Shown here piece after piece: positions 45,729 through 55,403 of a stretch of DNA of 64,000 nucleotides. Where the stretch lies: NCBI GenBank assembly GCA_046537845.1, contig JBKHKA010000003.1:17871-81870 (forward strand), read 5' to 3'. The translations under genes were made by a program, and so were the position numbers. The notes under the pieces were generated by a model. The model searched no databases. It was not told the DNA's origin and saw only the letters and a list, made by a program, of their open reading frames with translations. Positions within the stretch are counted from its first letter, which is position 1. Every line of letters begins with the position of its first letter. This stretch comes from Candidatus Aenigmatarchaeota archaeon (GTDB lineage: Archaea > Thermoplasmatota > Thermoplasmata > Halarchaeoplasmatales > Halarchaeoplasmataceae).

Positions 45729-46982
45729 ATGAGTTTAGCCATAAAGAACGTTAAGATCATAGATAGAGAGGGGGAGTGGGACGTGCTGGTAGAAAACGGT
45801 AAGATCGAGAGCATAGGCCAAGATGAAGAGGCCGAAAATATCATCGACGGCTCCGATAAGTACCTCTCTCCCGGTTTTTTCAACACTCATACTCACGCTG
45901 CTATGTCTTTGTTTAGAGGAGTGGCCGACGATAGAGCGATCTGGGATGCATGGCCGGAGATCGTATGGCCCCTGGAGGAGAGATTAGAACCGGAGGACGT
46001 CTACTGGGGAACCAAATTAGCCTGCCTAGAGATGATAAAAAGCGGCACCGTCGCCTTCAGCGATATGTACTTTTTCATGGAGTCCGCTGTTGACGCGGTG
46101 GAAGAGATGGGGATGAAAGGAGTGCTGAGTTATGGACTCATAGATCAGAACGAACCGGATAAGTTGGAAGAGGAGATAGAGACCACTAAGAGATTCGTCG
46201 ATTACGCTGAAAAATCCGAGCTGGTAAAGCCCGCTTTAGGTCCTCATTCGATTTACACCCTCTCCAAGGAAGGTCTGGAATGGTGTGCGGATTTTGCGGA
46301 AAAGAAAGACCTTCTGGTCAACATACATCTTGGAGAAACTGAAAAAGAAAGAGATGATTTCAAAGAGAGGTATGATGGAAGTTTTGCCGAATATCTCGAT
46401 GAAGTGGGTTTGTTGGATGAGAGGGTCATAGCGGCTCACTGCGTTTGGTTGGAAGAGAAAGATAATTCACTATTGGCGGAAAACGACGTGACCGTCAGCC
46501 ACAACCCCTCTTCGAACATGAAACTCGGCGTCGGAAAACCCATGGATTACGGCGCGATGAAAGAAAGCGGTATCGAGGTAACTCTGGGTACCGACAGCGC
46601 GGTTTCAAACAACAATTTGGACCTGCTTGAAGAGGCTAAAATTGCGGCTTTACAGCAAAAGATGCCCGGCGACGCCACCTTACTGAGCGCAGAAGAGTGC
46701 TACGAGATGCTGACCAAAAAAGGTGCCGAAGCTTTCCGGTACGAGTCCGGCGTTATCGAAGAAGGCAGACCCGCCGATATGATCTTGATCGAAAAGGGGG
46801 TTAAAGGGGTGCCAGAACACGACGTAAAGTCCAATCTGATATATTCTCTTGACGGTTCTTCAGTCACTGACGTTATCGTCGACGGAAAATTGTTGATGAA
46901 GGACCGAAAAGTTGAAGGAGAAAAAGAGATACTCCAAAAAGCGACTGAAAGAGCAGAAGACCTTGTATCTGGAGTGATATGA
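45729..46982 (+). CDS. mtaD: MTA/SAH (5'-deoxyadenosine) deaminase, amidohydrolase family
   Basis: NTHTHAAM, SGT..FSDMYF, PHSIY, HLGET, AAHCV, HNPSSNMKL, GTD..SNN motifs. Confidence 0.88.
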   Translation: MSLAIKNVKIIDREGEWDVLVENGKIESIGQDEEAENIIDGSDKYLSPGFFNTHTHAAMSLFRGVADDRAIWDAWPEIVWPLEERLEPEDVYWGTKLACLEMIKSGTVAFSDMYFFMESAVDAVEEMGMKGVLSYGLIDQNEPDKLEEEIETTKRFVDYAEKSELVKPALGPHSIYTLSKEGLEWCADFAEKKDLLVNIHLGETEKERDDFKERYDGSFAEYLDEVGLLDERVIAAHCVWLEEKDNSLLAENDVTVSHNPSSNMKLGVGKPMDYGAMKESGIEVTLGTDSAVSNNNLDLLEEAKIAALQQKMPGDATLLSAEECYEMLTKKGAEAFRYESGVIEEGRPADMILIEKGVKGVPEHDVKSNLIYSLDGSSVTDVIVDGKLLMKDRKVEGEKEILQKATERAEDLVSGVI

Positions 46983-47545
46983 TGGCTGATCTGGAAAAAC
47001 TAAAGAGTTCCGTAAAGAACGCACCCGTAGTGAAGATGAAGGATTATCATTATTTTATCCATCCTTTGTCGGACGGGCTGCCCGAAGTGAAACCCGAACT
47101 GCTTGAAGAAGTCGTCAAGAACGTGATCGAAAATTGTGATCTGGACTGCGACTACATCCTTACGGCCCAATCCATGGGATTCCCGCTGGCGGCGGCGCTC
47201 TCCATGAAAACGGGGATACCCTACAAGTTCATCCGTAAGCGAAAATACGGTCTCGACGGTGAGATCTCTATCGACCAGGTCACTGGTTACTCGAAATCCG
47301 AGATGTATCTCAATTTCGTCGAGGAAGGCGATAGAGTCTTTTTGATAGACGATGTATTGAGCACCGGGGGCACGTTGAAAGGTATAATCACCGCTCTACA
47401 AAAGATAGGAGTGGAGATCGTTGACGTTGTCGTGGTGTTCGAAAAGGTCGGTCTAAAGGAAGAACTGGTGAAGGAGTTGGGCGTCGAGGTCAAGTCACTT
47501 CTGAAGGTGAAGATGGACGGTCCAAAAGTCAAGATCGTTGAGTGA
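46979..47545 (+). CDS. hpt: Archaeal hypoxanthine/guanine phosphoribosyltransferase
   Basis: YHYFIHPLSDG, IRKRKYGL, TGYS, IDDVLSTGGT motifs. Confidence 0.9.
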   Translation: MMADLEKLKSSVKNAPVVKMKDYHYFIHPLSDGLPEVKPELLEEVVKNVIENCDLDCDYILTAQSMGFPLAAALSMKTGIPYKFIRKRKYGLDGEISIDQVTGYSKSEMYLNFVEEGDRVFLIDDVLSTGGTLKGIITALQKIGVEIVDVVVVFEKVGLKEELVKELGVEVKSLLKVKMDGPKVKIVE

Positions 47546-47774
47546 TCTTACAGCTTTTCGAGTTGGACCGCCTCTCTCCCTCCAGCAGCTCTTTACAGGT
47601 CTCTTCACATCTTTCGCTCTGCATACCTTCTTCGTACTTTTCGGCCAACTCTTCCTTAACTTCTTTTTCTTCTCTCGCCACACTTTACTGAATACGATAA
47701 AAAGGCCGATTCCACACAGTGCGACCGATATCATCATCCACAGAGTTATAACCTTTATGTGTGAAAGAAAAGAG

Positions 47775-47849
47775 TGGGCCCAGAGAGATTTGAACTCCCG
47801 ACCTCCCGGTTATCAGCCGGACGCTATAACCAACCTAAGCCATGGGCCC
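47775..47849 (-). tRNA. tRNA-Ile(GAU)
   Basis: GGGCCCA acceptor stem; CCGG-ctGATaa-CCGG anticodon arm; GTTCAAAT T-loop. Confidence 0.96.
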
Positions 47850-47920
47850 CGTGAGATTGGGTTCATCTAATGAATGGAGGGGGTAAATAAAATTTACTTA
47901 GGAGGAAAGGAGTGTCAACT

Positions 47921-48487
47921 CTACTTCAGTACTTCCATATCCTCTTCCATCACACTCTTCAAGTTCGGGTTGTATAGTGCCGCGGCGGGATGGTACATCG
48001 GAACTAATGGTATGCTTTTATACTCCAATCTTTCTCCGTGCACCTCTTTCATCCCGCTCTCGCCTGTCAGAGCTTCGGTGGCATGATTTCCCAAGGTAAC
48101 GATGATCTCGGGCTCCAACGAGCGTATCTGCTCTTCGAGATAGGGCCAACAGGTTTCTTTTTCGTTCTTCCTGGGATCACGGTTGTCGGGAGGTCTGCAC
48201 TTCACAACGTTGGTTATGTAAACTTCTTTTCTAGAGAGGTCCACGCTCTCCAGTAGTTCGTTCAAAACTTCTCCAGCTCTACCGACGAAGGGCTTCCCCT
48301 CCTCATCCTCCTGTCTTCCCGGAGCTTCTCCTATAAACATCACATCGGCGTCATGTGAGCCCGTACCCGGTACCGCGTGGGTCCTCTCTTCGTGCAGCCT
48401 GCAGAGCTCGCATCCTTTTATCTCTTCCTCCAAACGCCTAAGTTGATCCGTCGATCCATCCTGTCTATCCACGCCCAAGACCATCAC
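47921..48487 (-). CDS. udg: Family 4 uracil-DNA glycosylase (4Fe-4S)
   Basis: CELCRL, GEAPG, PFVGRAG, NVVKCRPP.NR, HPAA motifs. Confidence 0.94.
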   Translation of the reverse strand: MMVLGVDRQDGSTDQLRRLEEEIKGCELCRLHEERTHAVPGTGSHDADVMFIGEAPGRQEDEEGKPFVGRAGEVLNELLESVDLSRKEVYITNVVKCRPPDNRDPRKNEKETCWPYLEEQIRSLEPEIIVTLGNHATEALTGESGMKEVHGERLEYKSIPLVPMYHPAAALYNPNLKSVMEEDMEVLK

Positions 48488-48927
48488 ACCTCGACACTAA
48501 CATCGACATCTACGCCCTTTCTTACGCTCTGCGTTACCACACAGTAGTCCTCAAATATATCCTTGCAGCTTTCCAATCTTTTCCTGTCAGATCCATCCTC
48601 GAGTTCAGGCTTTATCTCCACACTCAATCCGGTGATCCTCAACCTTTTCTCTATCCTTTCGACTTTTCCGGTCACTTCGCCTTTCAGTGAAGCAACTTCC
48701 ACTCTTTTTTTATCCAAGCAAAATTTCAAGCTGGCCATCAGGCAGTTCAGCACGGAAGCACCTAAAAGTCGACTCGGGTTCGGCCCTTCTTCGCCTCCTC
48801 CGACCTCTTCGGTTTCATCAGTGATCAACCTCCCCATACCCTCATCGAAACTCACTTCGAACTTGTAGTTTTCCAGCTGCTCTATATTCACCGTGAAAGT
48901 CTTCGCTTCTTCATCATTCCCGCTCAT
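48484..48927 (-). CDS. OsmC/Ohr family protein
   Basis: GPNPSRLL..NC and YCVVTQS (two conserved Cys). Confidence 0.88.
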   Translation of the reverse strand: MSGNDEEAKTFTVNIEQLENYKFEVSFDEGMGRLITDETEEVGGGEEGPNPSRLLGASVLNCLMASLKFCLDKKRVEVASLKGEVTGKVERIEKRLRITGLSVEIKPELEDGSDRKRLESCKDIFEDYCVVTQSVRKGVDVDVSVEV

Positions 48928-48964
48928 ACATCCCCATATAAAAGTGGATAGATAACTTTTTGCC

Positions 48965-49966
48965 TCAGGCCCGCTCCTCGATTATCTCTTCGATCTCTTT
49001 CAGGTACTCTTCTTTGTTCTCCAGAGGATGGTAAAGGTCCGCCCCGTGTTCATACATGCATTTCAGGCACTCCCTCATATCGAATAGAGGCGTGCTGAAA
49101 TACCTTTCTCCGCCGTCCGGCAGCAACGTAACTATAAAACCCTCGTCCAGTTCCTGAGCCATCTTCAGGGAGATGTAAACCGCCGCGCCGGAGCTCATGC
49201 CGACGAAGAGCCCCTCGCGTATCGCCAGCTCTCTAGCGGTACAAAAGGCATCTTTATCCTCTATGGTCCTCACTTCGTCCAGCTTTTCCGGCTCATATAT
49301 CCCTGGGACTATATCCTCCTCCATATTTTTAAGGCCTTGGATCTCGTAATCTTCCGTCGGCTCGACACCTATCACCTTTATACTCGGATCGTACTCCTTC
49401 AACCTTTTAGAGACTCCCATCAGAGTACCGGTTGTGCCCATGCCCGCGACGAAATGGGTTAGCTCCCCGTCGGTATCGTCCAATATCTCCTTACCCGTGG
49501 TCTCATAGTGCGCCTTCACGTTGGCGGGGTTGTTGAATTGGTCCGGTCTCCAGAAATTGTCCTTATCCTCGGCCAACTCTTCAGCTCTCTTTATGGCCCC
49601 GTCGGTCCCTTCTTCCTCCGGTGTGAATTCTATCTCCGCTCCCAGGGCCGTCAGCATCCTGATCCGTTCTATGCTGACCCCTTTGGACATGGTCAGATGA
49701 AGGTGATGATCCTTCAGTGCGCACGCCATCGCCAACCCCAGCCCGGTGTTCCCGCTGGTCGCTTCCACTATCACCGTGTCCTCGTCTATCTTGCCCTTCC
49801 GTTCGGCCTCTTCCAGCATGAAGATGGCTATCCTGTCTTTCACGGAGCCCATGGGGTTGAACTTCTCGAATTTGGCGTAGATCGGGACCTCCGGCTTCGG
49901 ATTTATCTTCCCCAATTTCACAAGTGGAGTCTCGCCTACAAGATCCAGCACGTTTTCCGCCATCAT
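48965..49966 (-). CDS. cysK: Cysteine synthase (CysK/CysM family) with C-terminal CxxC extension
   Basis: NPMGSVKDR (PLP Lys), ATSGNTG, DQFNNP, GMGTTGT, GMSSG, PDGGERY motifs. Confidence 0.9.
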   Translation of the reverse strand: MMAENVLDLVGETPLVKLGKINPKPEVPIYAKFEKFNPMGSVKDRIAIFMLEEAERKGKIDEDTVIVEATSGNTGLGLAMACALKDHHLHLTMSKGVSIERIRMLTALGAEIEFTPEEEGTDGAIKRAEELAEDKDNFWRPDQFNNPANVKAHYETTGKEILDDTDGELTHFVAGMGTTGTLMGVSKRLKEYDPSIKVIGVEPTEDYEIQGLKNMEEDIVPGIYEPEKLDEVRTIEDKDAFCTARELAIREGLFVGMSSGAAVYISLKMAQELDEGFIVTLLPDGGERYFSTPLFDMRECLKCMYEHGADLYHPLENKEEYLKEIEEIIEERA

Positions 49967-50023
49967 ATTACGCCGATATATGGAACTGTAGTTAATAAGT
50001 TTTCTTCCAGGGCCCAAAAAGGT

Positions 50024-50749
50024 TCATTCCCTCTCCATCAGTATATCCATAAAATTGACCAGGTGTTTCGCAAGCGAGGGATTGTTGGTATAGCCGCAGG
50101 CTTCGAATCCGGGAGAAGCGAGCAGTGCTCTTTCCCCGTCACTTATGAGATCAGTGGCTATCAGCCCTTCTTTCCTTTTGACCTCCGCACCGCTGAAAGC
50201 CCTCTCTCTAGGTGAAGTTACAACGGTTATCTCCACACCTCTTTTCTCAGCCGACTCCAATTCTTTTTTTGAAGTGTCCAATATGCTCGAAAAGTTCGGG
50301 GACGAGATTATTATGTCCTCTTCGGTGCGATTTATCATCTCACCTATCTTGTCCAAAACCTTCTCTTTGCCGCTTATGGTATAAACTAATTGGGGTTCAC
50401 CTCTCTCCGAGAGTATCTCGTAAAGGGTGTTCAGCCTCCCGAAGACTTCGTCCAATTCTCTGGATAGGCGGCTTTTCACCTCTAAAGGTTCCGCGGGCTT
50501 GAAAACTTTAGGGCGGCCCTCGCTCACTATAACGTAGCCCTTATCGTGAAGGACGTCCAGTGCTTTATAGACGGATGTACGGGGCAGATCGGCCGTGGAC
50601 GCTATGGTCTCGGCATCGGCCACGCCGTGGGCCACCAAAGCGGCATAAGTCCTGGCTTGATAATCTGTCAGGCCGAACCTTTGGAGGCCTTCACTTATAT
50701 ACTCGTATTCCTCCTCAATTTCCTCTATACCTGGGTGGGATTCATCCAT
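50024..50749 (-). CDS. TrmB family transcriptional regulator
   Basis: FGLTDYQARTY, LPRTSVY, GRPKVF HTH motifs, plus an effector domain. Confidence 0.92.
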   Translation of the reverse strand: MDESHPGIEEIEEEYEYISEGLQRFGLTDYQARTYAALVAHGVADAETIASTADLPRTSVYKALDVLHDKGYVIVSEGRPKVFKPAEPLEVKSRLSRELDEVFGRLNTLYEILSERGEPQLVYTISGKEKVLDKIGEMINRTEEDIIISSPNFSSILDTSKKELESAEKRGVEITVVTSPRERAFSGAEVKRKEGLIATDLISDGERALLASPGFEACGYTNNPSLAKHLVNFMDILMERE

Positions 50750-50776
50750 GATGAGTAAAATAGAGATATATTTTAT

Positions 50777-51610
50777 TTAATTGTTTGCTCTTTCAGACTT
50801 TCGTTTAGGCAGTTTCACGAGATCGATTATATTTTCGAAGAGCTCCGGCATTATCTCGAACACGGTTATCATCAATATTATCAATACGATGACCGAGAGT
50901 GTTTTAGCTATCTGGTTGTGTGCCACCTCGAAAGAAGTTATCCCTTCCGCCGTGAGGTAGATCACCAAGACGTTCCGGATCAGATTTACAACGTATACCA
51001 CCGGAGCAAGAATAAGTATACTCTTAACTTTTCTGCCTGCATCGGCTTCAGTGCACCATATTAGTGTCGCTGCAGCAGCTAGAGCCTGTAGACCCGTGCA
51101 TGCGAGGATGATGTCGATGTTCGCGCCTTGGATGGGGACATGGATGAACTCGGAACTGGTCCTGTACCAGAGTGGATTTCCGGCGTAGTTTACAGCTCCC
51201 GCGGTGAAATCATACCCGATTAGGCGGGTGATCCAAGCGGTCTGTTCAGCTACGGCTTTTATCAAACCTCCTGATAATATCGGGATCCTCTGTACTCCGA
51301 AGTAAATGAGGATCGCTGTCGAAGCGGCACCGGCTAGAAACCTCAACTCCTCTGGATCTTCATCCCACTCTTTAGAGAGGTATTCGTGGTAAGCGAAGTA
51401 AAGAAAAACGGGCAAACCGCTCAACACCATCACCAGATTGAAGTAATCGTTGATGCTGAGATAGTGAGGACCTAAGGTGACCCAAAATAGGCCCAACAGA
51501 ACATACCCGAACATCCTGAGGTCGTGTTTTCTATATTCCTTGAGATATCCTATAAGGAGGAGCAGTGCTCCAGCCCAAAGGAAGATATCGAATACTAGAT
51601 ACAGCGACAA
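50777..51610 (-). CDS. artA: Archaeosortase A
   Basis: Multi-TM protein; IILACTG (catalytic Cys), NLIRN, HN..K motifs; PGF-CTERM substrates are present in the window. Confidence 0.9.
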   Translation of the reverse strand: MSLYLVFDIFLWAGALLLLIGYLKEYRKHDLRMFGYVLLGLFWVTLGPHYLSINDYFNLVMVLSGLPVFLYFAYHEYLSKEWDEDPEELRFLAGAASTAILIYFGVQRIPILSGGLIKAVAEQTAWITRLIGYDFTAGAVNYAGNPLWYRTSSEFIHVPIQGANIDIILACTGLQALAAAATLIWCTEADAGRKVKSILILAPVVYVVNLIRNVLVIYLTAEGITSFEVAHNQIAKTLSVIVLIILMITVFEIMPELFENIIDLVKLPKRKSERANN

Positions 51611-51938
51611 ACCTATCTCCTCTTTTCCATACCGGATGAAACGATGAAGATATCACATATTTATAGCTATGCATACTCATAGGGATATCTTTAATTTGTT
51701 CGGGAAAGAATGACCCTGAAGATCCATCTCTAGCTCCTTTAGATATAGACCAAAGCAGGTCAATACGGCCTGCTGCCTCTACATTTACGTCCTCTCTTTT
51801 CTTTAACTTCGGTAACTCATTCGGATCCACTTTTTCGTTTCGATATATTGTATTGAAATCCAATCTTTAGTAAAATATACTATATCGTCGGGTCCCATCC
51901 TAACCGATGATGTGTAAAAAGTCTCATCCTGGGCGGTC

Positions 51939-54900
51939 CTATCCCCCATATTTTCGAGCATATTTAGCCCAGAGCATCAGGGCGGATGGAAGTATGAAGA
52001 CCGCGGCCAGAAAACTATAGCTCAGAGCTAAAGCTGTTATGTAGCCGAACTGTGATATCGGCAGTATGTCGGAAGTCGAGAGGATGGCGAATGCTGCGAC
52101 AGTGGTCGTGGCTGATCCGAAGAGCGCCGCCCCTGTATTTTGGACGGTCTCGTGGACCGTCTCGTAAAGGTCCGAATCGGAGAGCTCCTCGGTGAATCGA
52201 TGAGTGATATGGATACTGTAATCCACGCCCATACCCACCGTCAGAGCGGTTATGCTGACCGTCATCACGTTGAGAGAGACACCCACGGCGTACATGGTTC
52301 CGATGATCCACAGAGTGATCACCGCTACGGGGGCCGTGGTTATGACCCCCAGGAGAAGGGACCTGTGGAGGAAGTAAAATACCACGGTTAGCGAGGCGGC
52401 CACGATCAATATGGTCGCGATCAACGACCTGATCTGTGTTGCCGTCAGCTCCGAAGTGGTCTCCTGCCCGATCATCGAGCTGCTGGTTATCTTCGCCGTG
52501 AAACCCGTTTCTCTTAATGGTATGACGTCCTCTTCCAGCTCCTCTTCCAGCACCGCTGCGTTATCTAGATCTGATGTGATCTTGTCCTCATCTTCAGTCA
52601 GACGTATTATCCCCATAGTGTAATCGCCTTCAGGGGTCCTGTAAAGCACCCCGTCTATTGAATCCCGACTCTGGTCGAACTCGATCAGCATATCGTATAG
52701 TTCCGTAACGTTCTCATTCGGTATCCCGTCATCGGTGTGGTCGCTTTCAGAAAATCTCTGGACTATGGTCCGATTGTATTCGGGACTGCCGAGGGGTGCG
52801 GTGCCGTAATTCTGAAGGACGGTGAGCGGAGACCTCACGTCTCCTCCGTTCTCTCCGACCATCTCATCATCACGTATGTTTTCTCTCGTTTCGTTGAGGG
52901 CGTATAAGTACTCGGGTGAATCGAGTTCCCCCTCGGTCAGAACGTAAGCGTAGGAAGTGGTGACGTTAAAATTCTCAGAGATGAACTTTATATTCTGACT
53001 CTGGGGCTGATCTTCGGGCAGGAAGTCCTCTATATTGAAGGTAGAATCGATATTGAGAGTGCCGTATATAGAGGCTAGAGTGAAGAGTACAACGACGATC
53101 AAAACCACTGGAGGATACCTGTCGGCGGCATCCGCCGAGGTGGATAAGAACCTGCTTATAGTGCTCCTCTCTTGGATCGTTTTCTTGTCAGCTCTTTTCC
53201 TCTTGGACTCGCTATCTTTGCTCTTTTTTTCTCTCCTCTCGTCGAAGAGCTGTAGGACCGCGGGGAGAAAACCCGTCATGAGGAAGAAACTAGATATTAT
53301 CCCCACAGCAGCCAGGATACCGAACTGCTGCATCGCACCTATATCGCTGAGAGTATTGGAGAGGAAACCCACGGCGGTGGTGAAAGTGGTCAAAACCAGA
53401 GCTCCGCCCACCGTGCCTATAGCTATCCTCGTCGAGGCTTTGGGGCCGTAGCCTTCACCTTTCTCCTCCCTATATCTCATGATCATATGGATGCCGTAAT
53501 CGATGACCAGACCCGTTATGAGTATGGGTACGGCGATTATCATCGGGTTGAATTTGTAATCCAATATAACGCCGAAACCGAAGGTCCACACTATCGCTAT
53601 GGCCAAAGAACCCAAGCTCAACACCGTTTCGAGAACGGAGCGGAAGACGATGAAAAGGATCACGATGACCAAGACCAATGCTATGGGTAAGAGGGTCTGG
53701 AGGCTCCTATCTGCGCTCTCGTTTATCTCCTCCATCATCACCTGGGTCGCGGACACCCGTGTTTCAGAGTGTTCGGTCACCTCGTCCCCTATCTCTATTA
53801 TCCTTTTTTGTGCCTCCAACCTCTTCTCTCTATCCAACTCTGGATCCATGAAAGCCATACCGAGAGTGGTTTCAGCTCGGATGGAATGAAGTTCATCGGT
53901 GGGAGAAAAATCCCTGCTCACCATGGGTTCTATCATGCTCCCCATCTGCTCCAACATCGGGCCGAGTCTCAAGGAGGCTTCGAACATAGCCTCCGCTTCT
54001 GCATACTTCTCTTCGGAGCTAGTGACCGTGCTCTGGTTATTTATAACTGAAGCCAGGTAACCTTTCTCCAGGTTTTTGGCCTCCCAATCCAGCCCGAACT
54101 CTTCGTACTGCTCGATGGTATCGTTGAGTACGACTTCCATCTGGTTCAGGTGTCCGAGCCCTTCCTCGGCCTGTTCCGTCAGGTTCGTTCCTTTCTTCAC
54201 AGATCGGTTCAGATCGGACATATCGTGATCGATCACGTCGTGCACTGTTCTTTTCACGTCTTCATCTGTCATGTTGGCCAGTTCCTCTTCCTTCTCATCC
54301 TGAGAGAGCTGGAGTGAAGGAGGTTCCTGTATCAGATTTTCCATATCCATGTCCTGGAGGTGTTCCATCGGTTCCGGGATACCAAAAAAAGTCAGAAGCA
54401 TGGTCCTAGCCAGATTCATCTCTTCGCTGTAATCCTCTTCCGCCTCCAACATGTAGTCAAGCATGTATCTGGTCCCGTCCACCAACACCAGGAAGGGGTC
54501 GAGGGCGGGAGCCTCTTCGGCTTCCATATCCTCCAGCCATCCTTCCAGGTAAGCCACGAGTTCTTCATGAGATAAGTTCGAATCGGGAGGAACCCGTTGT
54601 AGTAGGTCGTTGAATCCTTCTTCATACTGCTGCATGACCATCCAAGAGGTGGGCTGAGAGACTATATCGGACATTGATATCAAGGTCTGGTTCGCCCCTA
54701 ACAAACCCGGCTCGATGGTTTCGTTATCCATGAAGGCCTCCATCAAGGCCATGTTGAGTAAAAGTGAGCTGTTCATGTACCTGTACATCCTTCTCTGGCT
54801 CTGGGCAGAGCTGTGAGTTGCCTCGGCCTGCTGGATGACGAATCTTTCGATCTCCAGCGATCTATTGGCCAACAGAACATTGCTGGACAGGGTGGTGACT

Positions 54901-55292
54901 CCCGTCGGCACCTCGCTCGTGCTCGCCAAAGTTCGGTTCACCTTCTCATCTTCCTGCAGGGCCCTCTCCATCCTGAGCATGTCCTCCATGACTTCGACGG
55001 TGAAGACGTCTCCGTCGTCCGCTGTGAACGCTATCTGGACGCTCTCTTCGACCCTTCCGAACCTCTCCCTAACAGTTGACATATACTCCTGCTTCGGTGA
55101 ATCCGGTTGGAAAGATTCCTCTTCCGTTTCCATATCCATCCCTGAGGCAAAAAATCCCATCATCAGAGTGATGACTATGATGACGCTGATCACCTTTTTG
55201 GGCTGTCCGCTGACAACAGCTGGATACCAACTGAAAAGGGGGCTTTTCTTTGCCTTCTTCTTTATCTTACCCATGTTTTCGGTATCAAACAT
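51939..55292 (-). CDS. MMPL/RND (HAE3-like) transporter
   Basis: Two 6-TM halves with GLVIDYGIH and GMGVDYSIH motifs; large extracellular loops. Confidence 0.92.
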   Translation of the reverse strand: MFDTENMGKIKKKAKKSPLFSWYPAVVSGQPKKVISVIIVITLMMGFFASGMDMETEEESFQPDSPKQEYMSTVRERFGRVEESVQIAFTADDGDVFTVEVMEDMLRMERALQEDEKVNRTLASTSEVPTGVTTLSSNVLLANRSLEIERFVIQQAEATHSSAQSQRRMYRYMNSSLLLNMALMEAFMDNETIEPGLLGANQTLISMSDIVSQPTSWMVMQQYEEGFNDLLQRVPPDSNLSHEELVAYLEGWLEDMEAEEAPALDPFLVLVDGTRYMLDYMLEAEEDYSEEMNLARTMLLTFFGIPEPMEHLQDMDMENLIQEPPSLQLSQDEKEEELANMTDEDVKRTVHDVIDHDMSDLNRSVKKGTNLTEQAEEGLGHLNQMEVVLNDTIEQYEEFGLDWEAKNLEKGYLASVINNQSTVTSSEEKYAEAEAMFEASLRLGPMLEQMGSMIEPMVSRDFSPTDELHSIRAETTLGMAFMDPELDREKRLEAQKRIIEIGDEVTEHSETRVSATQVMMEEINESADRSLQTLLPIALVLVIVILFIVFRSVLETVLSLGSLAIAIVWTFGFGVILDYKFNPMIIAVPILITGLVIDYGIHMIMRYREEKGEGYGPKASTRIAIGTVGGALVLTTFTTAVGFLSNTLSDIGAMQQFGILAAVGIISSFFLMTGFLPAVLQLFDERREKKSKDSESKRKRADKKTIQERSTISRFLSTSADAADRYPPVVLIVVVLFTLASIYGTLNIDSTFNIEDFLPEDQPQSQNIKFISENFNVTTSYAYVLTEGELDSPEYLYALNETRENIRDDEMVGENGGDVRSPLTVLQNYGTAPLGSPEYNRTIVQRFSESDHTDDGIPNENVTELYDMLIEFDQSRDSIDGVLYRTPEGDYTMGIIRLTEDEDKITSDLDNAAVLEEELEEDVIPLRETGFTAKITSSSMIGQETTSELTATQIRSLIATILIVAASLTVVFYFLHRSLLLGVITTAPVAVITLWIIGTMYAVGVSLNVMTVSITALTVGMGVDYSIHITHRFTEELSDSDLYETVHETVQNTGAALFGSATTTVAAFAILSTSDILPISQFGYITALALSYSFLAAVFILPSALMLWAKYARKYGG

Positions 55293-55403
55293 CCGTATTT
55301 AAAATATATGGATTTCTTAGTGCGTTTAGGGAACTTTGCAGGTTTTTAGCGATCATCGCTACAAAATCTTTAATAAAACCTACTTTTCTTCCCAATCGAG
55401 ATC

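Noticed and set aside
47548-47737. Short minus-strand ORF fragments downstream of tRNA-Ile
   Set aside because: Frames are inconsistent and no family is recognisable; possibly a remnant, but unsupported.
51531-51863. 110-aa ORF upstream of artA
   Set aside because: TTG start, overlaps the artA start and promoter region, and has no motifs.
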